Part shown: piece by piece, positions 63,545 to 64,000 of the stretch
Layout of the letters: each line of letters begins with the position of its first letter
Numbering within the stretch: the first letter of the stretch is position 1
From: Malacoraja senta
Lineage: Eukaryota
Assembly (NCBI GenBank): GCA_038087875.1
Contig: JAXLNO010000357.1
Location: forward strand, 124,001 to 188,000
DNA: 64,000 nt
Direction: 5' to 3'
Program-made: the position numbers and the translations under genes
The notes under the pieces: model-generated
What the model was told of the DNA's origin: nothing
The model's input: the letters and a program-made list of their open reading frames with translations, nothing else
Database searches by the model: none

Positions 63545-63749
63545 GTTTCAGCTGTGTTGATCCAGGCTTGCCTCCTGAACTTTGTGAAAGAGGAACATAC
63601 AGTCTCTCAGGGGAAACGTTTTGCCATCCTTGTCCACTTGGCACCTACTCCAAACAGACTGACGGTTCTGTGTGTCACATCTGTCCAGCAGGATTTGCCT
63701 GCAGTCAACCAGCTCTAGACCCTGAGCTCTGCACCAAGGGATCTTTCAG
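63545..63749 (+). CDS. Coding exon 9 of Cys-repeat protein (gene continues beyond the window)
   Basis: gttgcag| ... AG|gttagt. FSCVDPGLPPELCERGTYSLSGETFCHPCPLGTY...LCTKGSF; phase 1 to 2, no stop codon reached. Confidence 0.9.
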
Positions 63750-63832
63750 GTTAGTTTTTTTCATCACATCACAGTTGTTGGGACATTTCTCTGCAGTGGG
63801 CTGCCATGTTTCCTACTTCACAACCCTGACCA

Positions 63833-64000
63833 GTTTGGTTTAGTTTAGAGATACAGCGTGGAAACGGGCCCTTAGGCCCACAGAGTCCGCGCTGACCCGT
63901 ACACTATCCTACACACTAGGCACAATTTTGGAGAGGTTAATTAACCTACAAACCTGCACGTCTTGGGAATGTGGGAGGAAACCGGAGCAGTCACGGAGAA
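63833..64000 (-). mobile_element. HE1-like SINE (runs off the window)
   Basis: (CTAAA)n-like tail and body as in 29255-29549. Confidence 0.75.

Noticed and set aside
29160..63749. Naming the gene SCUBE, SVEP1, PCSK5, ELAPOR or a TNF receptor
   Set aside because: No EGF, vWA, sushi, CUB, subtilase or TM segment appears in the first ~479 aa and the repeats start right after the signal peptide, so a symbol is not supportable.

Overview
Repeat-dense vertebrate genomic DNA. It is most likely from a cartilaginous fish (skate/ray-like), an inference from the HE1-like SINEs, CR1/HER1 LINEs and very abundant Penelope-derived short repeats. The one host gene I can support is on the + strand. I assembled nine GT-AG coding exons by hand (29160-63749, open at the 3' end), all with compatible splice phases. 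They give ~479 aa: a signal-peptide-like N-terminus followed by tandem Cys-rich GCC2/GCC3 (Ephrin-receptor-like) repeats. I cannot assign it to a named gene. The introns and upstream region hold many mobile elements: a full-length but mutated DIRS tyrosine-recombinase retrotransposon with very short inverted repeats and a complete ICR; a young I/Nimb-clade LINE; two HERO-like RLE LINEs; a non-autonomous Helitron with internal tandem repeats; a TIR DNA transposon with a 7-bp TSD and a Tudor-like coding remnant; and Penelope-like, L1, L2, Rex1, CR1 and Ingi/Vingi fragments. More than 15 short Penelope-terminal repeats are also present, many carrying a minimal hammerhead-ribozyme core. All calls come from manual reading, with no database search run. 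Coordinates of degenerate repeats are approximate.
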